Shown here one piece after another: positions 25,347 to 38,544 of a stretch of DNA of 64,000 bases. Source of the stretch: Macrostomum lignano (Eukaryota); assembly GCA_002269645.1 (NCBI GenBank), contig NIVC01001855.1, positions 1-64,000 on the forward strand, read 5' to 3'. Position numbers and translations under genes: made by a program. The notes under the pieces were generated by a model. It saw only the letters and a list, made by a program, of their open reading frames with translations, was not told the origin of the DNA and did not search any database. Each line of letters starts with the position of its first letter. The stretch's first letter is position 1.

Positions 25347-26689
<1,343 letters not shown>

Positions 26690-27044
26690 AAAATCAAGAT
26701 AATAAAATCATTCAAAACGCTCTCAAACTGATTAAACAGCTCATTCAATCAGATGAACTGCAGCAGAATAATGGAAATGCGCCGGTTTCTTGAAATTTCT
26801 CTGCCTCCAGCGTCAAGAAGAGTAAAATATGAATGGGGAAAATTTCTATAGAAGCAGAAGGGCATTCAGTGCTAAATTAATTGCCCTGCAACTGCAGCCT
26901 GACACTGGGAGTCAGACTTAATCCATCAAGCTGGAGTGCAGATTAGTACCCGTTCTGCAATTGTCGAGTATAGAGACAGGACAAGGAAATTGCGACTGAA
27001 AATAAGACATTAAATGTGTTTTAGTAACATTGAAAAAACGACTA

Positions 27045-27155
<111 letters not shown>

Positions 27156-27184
27156 CACGCAGACACCCAAACCTCTCCCCGCAG

Positions 27185-27743
27185 GTGCGAGGCGCACAGC
27201 AGCGAGTTCCCCTGCTCCTGGCTGCCCTACTTGCAATTCCGTTACTACCTGAGCGCGGCCAGCGTGTACTTCACCAGCACGCTGAACTTCACTCTGCAGA
27301 CTGTCTGCGCCTGGCTCTCCGTCGTGGTCGGCATCGAGCGCTACCTGGCGATGCGCTCCTGCCAGCTGCACCGAGCCAGCAACCGTTGCCATGGCTCCGC
27401 TGCCGCCACCGTGATCGTCGTGGTGACTGTCGTATGCGTCGCCAGCGTGATTCTGAACCTGCCGAACTCCTTCGCTCTGCGCACAGCCGACCTGCTGGTG
27501 GTCGATCACGACGGTGACAACGATACGGCCAGGCTGACGCGGACCATCGTGTCTACGGAGTTTGGAAAGTCCAGCCTGTACTCTGGCTACTCCATCGTGA
27601 AGCTGGTGGCTTCATCGCTGCTGCCCGCCCTGCTGCTGGCCGTGACCAACTCGGTATTGCTTGTCCAGGTGCTCAGCCTCCGACGCAAGAATCTCAGGCG
27701 GAAAAATACCGGCTACTCTGCCAGGGCGACCAAAATCATCCAG
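27185..27743 (+). CDS. GPCR exon 2 (TM3-TM5)
   Basis: Acceptor ccccgcag|27185 (phase 2). TVCAWLSVVVGIERYLA (E/DRY motif), ILNLPNSF, LLPALLLAVTNSVLL. Donor cag|gtgagc at 27743. Confidence 0.9.
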
Positions 27744-27782
27744 GTGAGCCGCACTGTAAACTGTGTAGGCAAATGCAAAAGA

Positions 27783-29512
27783 CCTGGGCGTGGGACATGC
27801 CAATGCTACATGACCCGTTATGGAAATCAATAATTTTGCTGCAGGGTGACAAAACACCGTGCCTTCGGCGCTAAAATGAGTGCCTTCGGCGCTAAAATGA
27901 GTGCCTTCGGCGCTAAAATGAGTGCCTTCGGCGCTAAAATGAGTGCCTTCGGCGCTAAAATGAGTGCCTGCGGCGCTAAAATGAGTGCCTGCGGCGCTAA
28001 AATGAGTGCCTTCGGCGCTAAAATGAGTGCCTGCGGGCGCTAAAATGAGTGCCTTCGGCGCCAAAATGAGTGCCTGCGGCGCTAAAATGAGTGCCTGAGG
28101 CGCTAAAATGAGTGCCTGCGGCGCTAAAATGAGTGCCCGCGGCGCTAAAATGAGTGCCTTCGGCGCTAAAATGAGTGCCTGCGGCGCTAAAATGAGTGCC
28201 TGCGGCGCCTAAATGAGTGCCTGCGGCGCTAAAATGAGTGCCTTCGGCGCTAAAATGAGTGCCTGAGGCGCTAAAATAAGTGCCTTCGGCGCTAAAATGA
28301 GTGTCTGCGGCGCTAAAATGAGGGCCTGCAGCGCTAAAATGAGTGCCTTCGGCGCTAAAATGAGTGCCTGAGGCGCTAAAATGAGTGCCTTCGGCGCCAA
28401 AATGAGTGCCTGCGGCGCTAAAATGAGTGCCTGAGGCGCTAAAATGAGTGCCTTCGGCGCTAAAATGAGTGCCTTCGGCGCTAAAATGAGTGCCTGCGGC
28501 GCTAAAATGAGTGCCTGCGGCGCTAAAATGAGTGCCTTCGGCGCTAAAATGAGTGCCTGCGGGCGCTAAAATGAGTGCCTTCGGCGCCAAAATGAGTGCC
28601 TGCGGCGCTAAAATGAGTGCCTGAGGCGCTAAAATGAGTGCCTGCGGCGCTAAAATGAGTGCCCGCGGCGCTAAAATGAGTGCCTTCGGCGCTAAAATGA
28701 GTGCCTGCGGCGCTAAAATGAGTGCCTGCGGCGCCTAAATGAGTGCCTGCGGCGCTAAAATGAGTGCCTTCGGCGCTAAAATGAGTGCCTGAGGCGCTAA
28801 AATAAGTGCCTTCGGCGCTAAAATGAGTGTCTGCGGCGCTAAAATGAGGGCCTGCAGCGCTAAAATGAGTGCCTTCGGCGCTAAAATGAGTGCCTTCGGC
28901 GCTAAAATGAGTGCCTTCGGCGCCAAAATGAGTGCCTGCGGCGCTAAAATGAGTGCCTGAGGCGCTAAAGTGAGTACCTGCGGCGCTAAAGTGAGTACCT
29001 GCGGCGCTAAAGTGAGTACCTGCGGCGCCAGAATGAGTGCCTGCGGCGCTAAAATGAGTGCCTTCGGCGCTAAAATGAGTGCCTTCGGCGCCAAAATGAG
29101 TGCCTGCGGCGCTAAAATGAGTGCCCGAGGCGCTAAAGTGAGTACCTGCGGCGCTAAAGTGAGTACCTGCGGCGCCAGAATGAGTGCCTGCGGCGCTAAA
29201 ATGAGTGCCTGTGGCGCTAAAATGAGTGCCTGCGGCGCTAAAATGAGTGTCTGCGGGCGCTAAAATGGGTGCCTGAGGCGCTAAAGTGAGTTCCTGCGGC
29301 GCTAAAATGATTACCTGAGGCGCTAAAGTGAGTACCTGCGGCGCTAAAGTGAGTACCTGCGGCGCTAAAATGAGTGCCTTCGGCGCTAAAATGAGTGCTG
29401 ACAACACCGATTCTGAAAATAATGTACATGTAGGAATTTAGTCATGTAAATGTACATGATAATTGTTGGCTTTGTCCCCCCCCACCATAAAATCCATGGC
29501 GACGTCCCTGGG
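27783..29512 (+). mobile_element. Putative non-autonomous TIR element (MITE-like) carrying a 21-bp minisatellite; right end intact, left end degenerate
   Basis: Right terminus tggcgacgtccctggg (29497-29512). Internal gggacatgccaatgct (~27792) is shared with the second copy, about 70 nt before the repeat in both. Confidence 0.5.
27860..29398. repeat. 21-bp minisatellite with a 526-bp higher-order duplication
   Basis: Unit gcgctaaaatgagtgcctgcg. Rare variants recur 526 bp apart (ORF-track offsets 28018/28544 and 28209/28735). Confidence 0.97.
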
Positions 29513-30258
29513 TTCTTTTTGAAAATCGATTTTTTGAAAGAAAAATAACACACCAAACTAGTCAATCATAACTTAAGTAATGAAAACTCTCTTTTTCTAT
29601 AGCACTCCTGAGCCTTCCGAAGCCTTCTGAGCAACCGAAACCTTAGAGCTATTCAATTAGCTAAAAGCAATTTTGTCCAGAAAGAGTGAGTAGCTCGCAA
29701 GATGGGAAGTTTTCCAGTTTTTTATATAGTTGGCAGTTCACATCTCAGCATTCAGCGCTCGTGTACAACAAACACTTGCTTATCTGCAAATCGGCTTTCC
29801 AGAAGAGGGGTTTTGCCACAGACAAACTCAGTCGGGAAAAGCCCGTCCGTAAAAAGTACACTACACCCGAACCTTCGCTTGTCCGCGTGTCCAAGTTTGT
29901 ACTTTTGAAACTTTTTTTTACTTTTCTTGTTAAATACAAGGACAACTTGATAACTCCTTGTCCTTGGTTAAATATCAGCTTGGGACCAAACACAGATCTG
30001 GATTCTGTATTTGCTAGCAGCGTCTTTCTGCTTTTATTTGTCCATGACTAACTTCTTTCATTATATAAGACTCATGAGACTCTCCGCAGCTGCTACACAG
30101 GCGTCAATCAGCTGATTCGTGACGTCCTATGACGTCACTGAGCGCTTGGCCTGTTTGCTACGTCTACATTTGAATATGAAAAATAAAAAAATTCTCTTTA
30201 GGGCAACTTCATCGCTAACTTTCGCCTGGTTGTTGGATGGGGCCAGAGAGTGTTCATG

Positions 30259-30590
30259 CCCAGGGGCGTCGCCACCGGGGGGGGGCGGACAAGGGGGACA
30301 TGTAAAAGTTATAAGGGGACATGTCAATGCTTTGTGCCCCCACCCCACCTTGCGACTCGTTGTGAGAATCAGTAATTTAGTTTAAGGGCGCTAAAATACA
30401 GCACCTGCGGAGCTAAAATGAGTGCCCGCGGCGCTAAAATGAGTGCCTGCGGCGCTAAAATGAGTGCCTGCGGCGCCAAAATGAGTGCCTGCAGCGCTAA
30501 AATGAGTGCCTGCGGCGCCAAAATGAGTGCCTGCAGCGCTAAAATGAGTGCCTGTGGCTCCAAAATGAGTGCCTGCGGCGCTACATTAAA
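30259..30590 (+). mobile_element. Second, 3'-truncated copy of the same putative TIR element
   Basis: Left terminus cccaggggcgtcgcca (30259-30274) is the reverse complement (15/16) of the 29497-29512 end. It is followed by a G-run, ggggacatgtcaatgct and the same 21-bp repeat. Confidence 0.5.
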
Positions 30591-30694
30591 ATGTTCATGT
30601 CTGACAATTAGATAGTCAACGGGCCGCTGTCTGCGGGACAATGTCACCGCATGCTGTGTTGTATTAAATGCCCCGCATTTTCTCCCTTCTGCAG

Positions 30695-31225
30695 GCGACG
30701 CAGCAGCGCCTGCAAGCGCAGCGCAACCTCACCATCCTGCTCATAGCCGTGATTTTCGTGTTCCTGTGCGGCCAGGTGCCCCGGTCCCTGCTGTTCAAGG
30801 AGGTCTTCTCGCTGCTGTACAACGGCTGCCCCTGCGGCAGCGCCTTCCTGTGGATCTGCTGCCCAACCCACCGCCGGCTCCACCCGATCTGCGAGCTCAT
30901 CTACCTGCTCTGCCTCAACTTGAACTTCTTCATCTACTTGGGGCTCAACGAGCACTTTAGAGGGCAGGTGAAGCTGGCCGTCAGCTTCATCTGCTGCGGC
31001 GCCGGGACTCAGGGCCGACAGTCAAACGCTAATAAAAAGCCTGAAGAAGTCAAGCTGGATGACGGAGAGGACGCTGATATCGACTTGGACCTGTTCTCCG
31101 CGGCTGGCGGCACCACCATCGGCTGCAGCCAGACTCCATCGCAGCCGAACAAGCAGCAGAGCTGCGATGAAGACATCGAAGAGTGTCAGGAAGAGGCGCA
31201 GAGGCTGGTGGTTAGCGAGCTGTGA
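30695..31225 (+). CDS. GPCR exon 3 (TM6, TM7, C-tail); FMRFamide/myosuppressin-receptor-like family
   Basis: Acceptor cttctgcag|30695 (phase 0). RNLTILLIAVIFVFLCGQVP and LNLNFFIY are typical of this peptide-receptor group. Total 458 aa. Confidence 0.88.
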   Translation, partial: ATQQRLQAQRNLTILLIAVIFVFLCGQVPRSLLFKEVFSLLYNGCPCGSAFLWICCPTHRRLHPICELIYLLCLNLNFFIYLGLNEHFRGQVKLAVSFICCGAGTQGRQSNANKKPEEVKLDDGEDADIDLDLFSAAGGTTIGCSQTPSQPNKQQSCDEDIEECQEEAQRLVVSEL

Positions 31226-31227
31226 TT

Positions 31228-31790
31228 CTGGAGTCACTCTGTGTGTGTCAGGGAGTCACTGTGTGTGTGTCAGGGAGTCACTCTGTGTGTGTCAGGGAGT
31301 CACTCTGTGTGTGTCAGGGAGTCACTGTGTGTGTGTCAGGGAGTCACTGTGTGTGTGTCAGGGAGTCACTATGAGTGTCAGGGAGTCACTGTGTGTGTCT
31401 CAGGGAGTCACTCTGTGTGTGTCAGGGAGTCACTGTGTGTGTCAGGGAGTCACTGTGTGTGTCAGGGAGTCACTGTGTGTGTGTGTCAGGGAGTCACTCT
31501 GTGTGTGTCAGGGAGTCACTCTGTGTGTGTCAGGGAGTCACTGTGTGTGTCAGGGAGTCACTGTGTGTGTGTCAGGGAGTCACTGTGTGTGTCTCAGGGA
31601 GTCACTCTGTGTGTGTCAGGGAGTCACTCTGTGTGTGTCAGGGAGTCACTGTGTGTGTCAGGGAGTCACTGTGTGTGTCAGGGAGTCACTCTGTGAGTGT
31701 CAGGGAGTCACTGTGTGTGTCAGGGAGTCACTCCGTGTGTGTCAGGGAGTCACTCTGTGAGTGTCAGGGAGTTAGTTTTTGTGTGTCAGG
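31228..31790. repeat. ~20-24-bp repeat starting right after the GPCR stop codon
   Basis: Unit gtcagggagtcact(c)tgtgtgt. Confidence 0.95.
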
Positions 31791-32303
31791 GAGTTACTTT
31801 GTGTGTCAATAATGCTTATCATAGCGAACGCCATTCCCAATAAAAAAACTTTGCTTATATTCATGCAGCTCTTTATAGTTTGAAAGTTGATCAAATTAGA
31901 AACACGAGTTCAAAATGTTCTGCAACAACTATTAATAAATTTTATGCTTATGTACAAGTAATACACATAGGTGTTGTGCAGACCTTTGTTGCACATTCTT
32001 TTCTAAATTTTATTATTACACCTACTAATACTTATTGATAATTTCTACTTAGTTTGTTAACCCTGTTGTACAGCCAAAAAATTATTATTATCATAACAAG
32101 GAAAAGTAATATTTATCAATTTTAAAAAGCTATATAATATTTTGACTCTGTTGTCAGCGTGAAGATTCTCGTTTCTCGTAATTTTCTGTGTACTTAACTC
32201 GATTATTGATCGAAAAATAAATCAAATAACTATCATATTACACTTGAGAAACAAATTTTAAACATAGTATCAAATTGTTCGATTTTTTTATCTGCAATCG
32301 GCT

Positions 32304-32775
32304 TGCTTCGCTGACCAATCCGATCCTGACCAATCAGGGAATCGCTGACCAATCCCATCCTGACCAATCAGGGAATCGCTGGCCAATCCCATCCTGACCA
32401 ATCAGGGAATCGCTGACCAATCCGATCCTGACCAATCAGGGAATCGCTGACCACTCCCATCCTGACCAATCAGGGAATCGCTGGCCAATCCCATCCTGAC
32501 CAATCAGGGAATCGCTAGCCAATCCCATCCTGACCAATCAGGGAATCGCTGACCAATCCGATCCTGACCAATCAGGGAATCGCTGACCAATCCGATCCTG
32601 ACCAATCAGGGAATCGCTGACCACTCCCATCCTGACCAATCAGGGAATCGCTGGCCAATCCCATCCTGACCAATCAGGGAATCGCTGGCCAATCCGATCC
32701 TGACCAATCAGGGAATCGCTGACCAATCCGATCCTGACCAATCAGGGAATCGCTGACCACTCCCATCCTGACCAA
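32304..32775. repeat. 34-bp minisatellite with two CCAAT motifs per unit
   Basis: Unit gaatcgctgaccaatccgatcctgaccaatcagg. Confidence 0.95.
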
Positions 32776-33346
32776 TACGGCAAACAGAAAAACAAAACAC
32801 TAATAGACAAAGCAAGCAGATATGTGTATCTTTTTTCTTGCGTGTAGAAATTTGGCATTGATAAATCGATATTAGCAATTTTGGCGTTGTTTATTAGAAT
32901 TTGATGATAAAAAGATGGGTTAAAATGACAAAATAGGTAGAATGGCTGTGAGGTTAGCAAATGTGAATTTTTTTTTCAAATAGGAGTGGCGTCAAAAAAT
33001 GATTTTAATGGCGCCAAAAGGAGCTATTTGCGCCAGAAGGGAATTCATGGCGCCATAAAGAAAAATAGTTTCTTTCACTTCCTAAAAAGTAATTTGTAAC
33101 TAAAATCTAAACAGTCAATTAATATTGTATTTCATCGAGCACAATTTGATTACCGATATGTAACGAAACTAACTCTATAGGTAGGAAAAAGGTTCTGGTT
33201 TGAAGAATCATTTTGCAAGTAAGTCTCAATAAAAATTGCAAAAAATCAAAAAGTAAACAGTTTTGCACCAATGGAAAAATCTTTATCGCTAAACGTTTCT
33301 TTTCAAATATCAATTACTTTTCTGAGGGTAATGACTAACTACATGT

Positions 33347-33436
33347 AACTAACTAACTAACTAACTAACTAACTAGCTAACTAACTGACTAACTAACTAA
33401 CTAGCTAACTAACTGACTAACTAACTAACTAACTAG

Positions 33437-33503
<67 letters not shown>

Positions 33504-33560
33504 GCTAACTAGCTAACTAACTAACTAACTAACTGACTAACTAACTAACTAACTAGCTAG

Positions 33561-33611
<51 letters not shown>

Positions 33612-33651
33612 GCTAACTAACTAACTAACTAACTGACTAACTAACTAACTG

Positions 33652-33694
<43 letters not shown>

Positions 33695-33784
33695 GACTAA
33701 CTAACTAACTAGCTAACTAACTAACTAGCTAACTAGCTAACTAACTAACTAGCTAACTAACTGACTAACTAACTAACTAACTAG

Positions 33785-33839
<55 letters not shown>

Positions 33840-33884
33840 GCTAACTAACTAACTAACTAACTGACTAACTAACTAACTAACTAG

Positions 33885-33939
<55 letters not shown>

Positions 33940-33979
33940 GCTAACTAACTAACTAACTAACTGACTAACTAACTAACTG

Positions 33980-34015
<36 letters not shown>

Positions 34016-34052
34016 GCTAACTAACTGACTAACTAACTAACTAACTAACTAG

Positions 34053-34100
<48 letters not shown>

Positions 34101-34101
34101 A

Positions 34102-34185
<84 letters not shown>

Positions 34186-34209
34186 GAACATACTAACTAA
34201 CTAACATAA

Positions 34210-34257
<48 letters not shown>

Positions 34258-34281
34258 GAACATACTAACTAACTAACATAA

Positions 34282-34327
<46 letters not shown>

Positions 34328-34353
34328 GCTAGCTAACTAACTAACTAACTAAC

Positions 34354-34393
<40 letters not shown>

Positions 34394-34417
34394 GAACATA
34401 CTAACTAACTAACATAA

Positions 34418-34493
<76 letters not shown>

Positions 34494-34517
34494 GAACATA
34501 CTAACTAACTAACATAA

Positions 34518-34555
<38 letters not shown>

Positions 34556-34560
34556 GCTAG

Positions 34561-34619
<59 letters not shown>

Positions 34620-34624
34620 GCTAG

Positions 34625-34694
<70 letters not shown>

Positions 34695-34715
34695 GACTAA
34701 CTAACTAACTAACTG

Positions 34716-34747
<32 letters not shown>

Positions 34748-34759
34748 GCTAACTAACTG

Positions 34760-34790
<31 letters not shown>

Positions 34791-34807
34791 GACTAGCTAA
34801 CTAACTG

Positions 34808-34854
<47 letters not shown>

Positions 34855-34887
34855 GACTAACTAACAAACAAACTAGCTAACTAACTG

Positions 34888-34918
<31 letters not shown>

Positions 34919-34935
34919 GACTAACTAACTAACTG

Positions 34936-35003
<68 letters not shown>
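33347..35003. repeat. (CTAA)n microsatellite, ~1.65 kb
   Basis: Direct inspection; CTAG/CTGA variants present. Confidence 0.98.
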
Positions 35004-35004
<1 letters not shown>

Positions 35005-35027
35005 ATAACAGTTGGAGTCAGTCAGTC

Positions 35028-35385
35028 TTATCTATTCTCAAGAAAGTCGTATCTCGGCTCCCGTCTCCAGTGCGACTCCACGAATGCCAGGTGCGCCCAG
35101 TCGGGCAGTCGAGTCGCTCGCACCGGCTCCGTCTCGGACATGGCCTCAGACCAGGTGGACAGGTGTCCGAGACTGTCCGGTAGCCTTGGCGGCAGGCAGT
35201 AGTGCTGCATCAGTGGCGGCAGTCGCTCTATCCATGGCCAGACCATGAAGTCCGCCAGTTGCGGCCGCGCGCCCCCGAAGAAGCCGCCGTCACGGAGGTC
35301 GGCCTGCAGGTTGCGCAGCTGCCACAGCAGGCGGTCCCACAGCAATTCGCGCTCTTCAGCCGGCTCGTCCTTCTTCAGAGCCCAC
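35028..35385 (-). CDS. GSTO: GST omega copy 1, exon 2
   Basis: Acceptor gctag|35385 (phase 2). FFGGARPQLADFMVWPWIERL...YDF, the omega C-terminal motifs. Confidence 0.9.
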
Positions 35386-35502
35386 CTAGCGGTTGGTTGG
35401 GGTGGCAGCTTCAGATTTTACTGGCGCACTGAGCAGCCACTGAAGGTTCAACTGAGTGGCATTTTCAATAAGACATAACCATCAAAGGTTTCGTCTGAAG
35501 CT

Positions 35503-36447
35503 CAGCATCTGAGCGCCTGAAGTATAGCATCTGAGCCCCTGAAGTATAGTATCTGAGTCCCTGAAGTATAGTATCTGAGTCCCTGAAGTATAGTATCTGA
35601 GTCCCTGAAGTATAGTATCTGAGTCCCTGAAGTATAGTATCTGAGTCCCTGAAGTATAGTATCTGAGTCCCTGAAGTATAGTATCTGAGTCCCTGAAGTA
35701 TAGTATCTGAGTCCCTGAAGTATAGTATCTGAGCCCCTGAAGTATAGTATCTGAGTCCCTGAAGTATAGTATCTGAGCCCCTGAAGTATAGTATCTGAGT
35801 CCCTGAAGTATAGTATCTGAGTCCCTGAAGTATAGTATCTGAGTCCCTGAAGTATAGTATCTGAGCCCCTGAAGTATAGTATCTGAGTCCCTGAAGTATA
35901 GTATCTGAGTCCCTGAAGTATAGTATCTGAGCCCCTGAAGTATAGTATCTGAGTCCCTGAAGTATAGTATCTGAGTCCCTGAAGTATAGTGTCTGAGCCC
36001 CTGAAGTATAGTATCTGAGCCCCTGAAGTATAGTATCTGAGTCCCTGAAGTATAGTATCTGAGTCCCTGAAGTATAGTATCTGAGCCCCTGAAGTATAGT
36101 ATCTGAGTCCCTGAAGTATAGTATCTGAGTCCCTGAAGTATAGTGTCTGAGCCCCTGAAGTATAGTGTCTGAGCCCCTGAAGTATAGTGTCTGAGCCCCT
36201 GAAGTATAGTGTCTGAGCCCCTGAAGTATAGTGTCTGAGCCCCTGAGGTATAGTGTCTGAGCCCCTGAGGTATACAGTAGTATCTGAGCCCCTGAAGTAT
36301 AGTATCTGAACCCCTAAAATACATCTTATTAAAAGCACAAATCGTTTCACCTGAACACACTGAAGCTCACAGCCTGAACACACTGAAGCTCACAGCCTGA
36401 ACACACTGAAGCTCACAGCCTGAACACACTGAAGCTCACAGCCTGAA
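35503..36447. repeat. Two 23-bp intronic minisatellites in GSTO copy 1
   Basis: ctgaagtatagtatctgagtccc (35503-36316) and ctgaacacactgaagctcacagc x4 (36351-36447). Confidence 0.95.
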
Positions 36448-36463
36448 CCAACTCAGACCTCAC

Positions 36464-36990
36464 CTGTAGAAAGCGGAGATCATGGCATCATTTCTGCTAA
36501 TCGTTTGTCTCTGAGCAGCCCTCAGCCGTGGGGCATCAGGTGTCCCCATCGAAGGCATCAGGTCGCCGTCAGTTCCATTCGAAGTCGCAGCAGCAAAAGC
36601 CTCCTCCAAGAACTCGCAGGTGATCAAAGAATCGGCTAAGCGAAGTTTCTCGTCACCCGGCAGCTCAATGATTGGCACCTTGGCGGAGGGCAGCGGAGCC
36701 CTGGCCAGGAACCAATCGGGTTTGCGCACCAAATTCACGTTGATGATGCGGTGCGGCAGCTGCTTGTGCTGCAGCACCAGGCGGGTTCGCTGTGCGTAGG
36801 GGCAGTACAGCATGGAGTACAAGGTGAGCACCTCACTGCCCCTGGGCAGCTCTGGCGGTTCGGGATCCCCGGCTTCTAGGTGACGCGTTTCCATGACAAC
36901 TAGACTGGCGCCTTCCCCGCTGCTGAACCATCGCTTTATAGTTCTGCGATGGAGCAGAGAGGCTGGGATGGTACTGCTTGGCAGTCGCAT
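36464..36990 (-). CDS. GSTO: Glutathione S-transferase omega, copy 1, exon 1 (start at 36990 or 36894)
   Basis: LYSMLYCPYAQRTRLVL...VNLVRKPDWF...KVP...DSLITCEFLEE. Donor ag|gtgagg at 36464/36463, phase 2. Confidence 0.9.
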
Positions 36991-37010
36991 GCATTTACAT
37001 TGGATTGGAA

Positions 37011-38007
37011 TTGATGCTGCATTGTGGCGCCAATCTGATGCTGCATTGTGGCGCCAATCTGATTCTATATTGTGGCGCCAATCTGATGCTGCATTGTGGC
37101 GCCAAGCTGATGCTGTATTTTGGCGCCAATCGGATGCTGTGTTGTGGCGCCAATTTGATGCTGTAATGTGGCGCCAACCTGATTCTATATTGTGGCGCCA
37201 ATCTGATGCTGTGTTGTGGCGCCAATCTGATGCTACATTTTGGCGCCAATCTGATGCTGTATTGTGGCGCCAATCTGCTGCTGTATTGTGGCGCCAATCT
37301 GATGCTGTATTGTGGCGCCAATCTGATGCTGTATTGTGGCGCCAATCTGATGCTGTATTGTGGCGCCAATCTGATTCTATATTGTGGCGCCATTCTGATG
37401 CTGTATTGTGGCGCCAATCTGATGACTGATGCTAAATTGTGGCGCCAATCTGATGCTACACTGTGGCGCCAATCTGATGCTGCATTGTGGCGCCAAGCTG
37501 ATGCTGTATTTTGGCGCCAATCGGATGCTGTGTTGTGGCGCCAATTTGATGCTGTAATGTGGCGCCAACCTGATTCTATATTGTGGCGCCAATCTGATGC
37601 TGTGTTGTGGCGCCAATCTGATGCTACATTTTGGCGCCAAGCTGATGCTGTATTGTGGCGCCAATCTGATGCTGTATTGTGGCGCCAATCTGATGCTACA
37701 TTTTGGCGCCAATTTGATGCTGCATTGTGGCGCCAATCTGATGCTGCATTGTGGCGCCAAGCTGATGCTGTATTTTGGCGCCAATCTGATGCTGTATTTT
37801 GGCGCCAATCTGATGCTGTGTTGTGGCGCCAATCTGATGCTGTATTGTGGCGCCAATCTGATTCTATATTGTGGCGCCATTCTGATGCTGTATTGTGGCG
37901 CCAATCTGATGACTGATGCTAAATTTTGGCGCCAATCTGATGCTGTATTGTGGCGCCAATTTGATGCTGTATTGTGGCGCCAATCTGATGCTAAATTGTG
38001 GCGCCAG
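37011..38007. repeat. 24-bp minisatellite with a TGGCGCCA palindromic core
   Basis: Unit tgtggcgccaatctgatgctgtat. Confidence 0.96.
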
Positions 38008-38544
38008 TACCCAGTCATAGAACTGGATATATACTTTTCTGAAGTTCTAGCAGCATTATGGCCATTAACCAAATAGTATAGGAAGTTCAAACAGCAAAAG
38101 AATTGTAAAACGTGCTGTTTGAATCTAAAAATAAATCAATTATTTGAGAAGACCCGTCTACACGAGAGAGACATAGTTGAATAGGTGTTTACCGCCTACA
38201 GGCTTGAAAGTGAGGGAGAATTCAGCAGGGGAAGACAGACTCAGACGTGTTTTTAGGACTTGTCAAGGTGGAAAAAACCAGCTACTCTCAAGTTAGCATT
38301 GCTCAGACAGGTCTTACTGTCTCAGGTGATGCTAATATCGATTTTCTTCGGCTTTTTATTCAGCAGGTATTGACTAGAAAGATACTCGGGTTGAGAGCTA
38401 AATATGGAAACTTGAGAGCTTGCTCTGTTGAAAGCATAGTGGGCGCCAATTAAACTGTCCTTGACATTGGATATCAGCTGGGTGTTTTTCCCAGGTGGCA
38501 GGTGAGAGAGGCAGGCTTCAGAAGATGAGGTGAAAAGCTACAGG

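Noticed and set aside
27612-29429. GTHFSAA/APQALIL repeat ORFs resembling structural or antifreeze proteins
   Set aside because: The 21-bp unit is a multiple of 3, so several frames stay open on both strands. It is intronic and antisense to the GPCR.
33347-35003. Interstitial telomeric repeat
   Set aside because: The unit is TTAG (4 bp), not TTAGGG or TTAGG. It is treated as an ordinary microsatellite.
35482-38090. Multiple 140-293-aa repetitive ORFs
   Set aside because: They derive from the 23-bp and 24-bp minisatellites within and upstream of GSTO copy 1.
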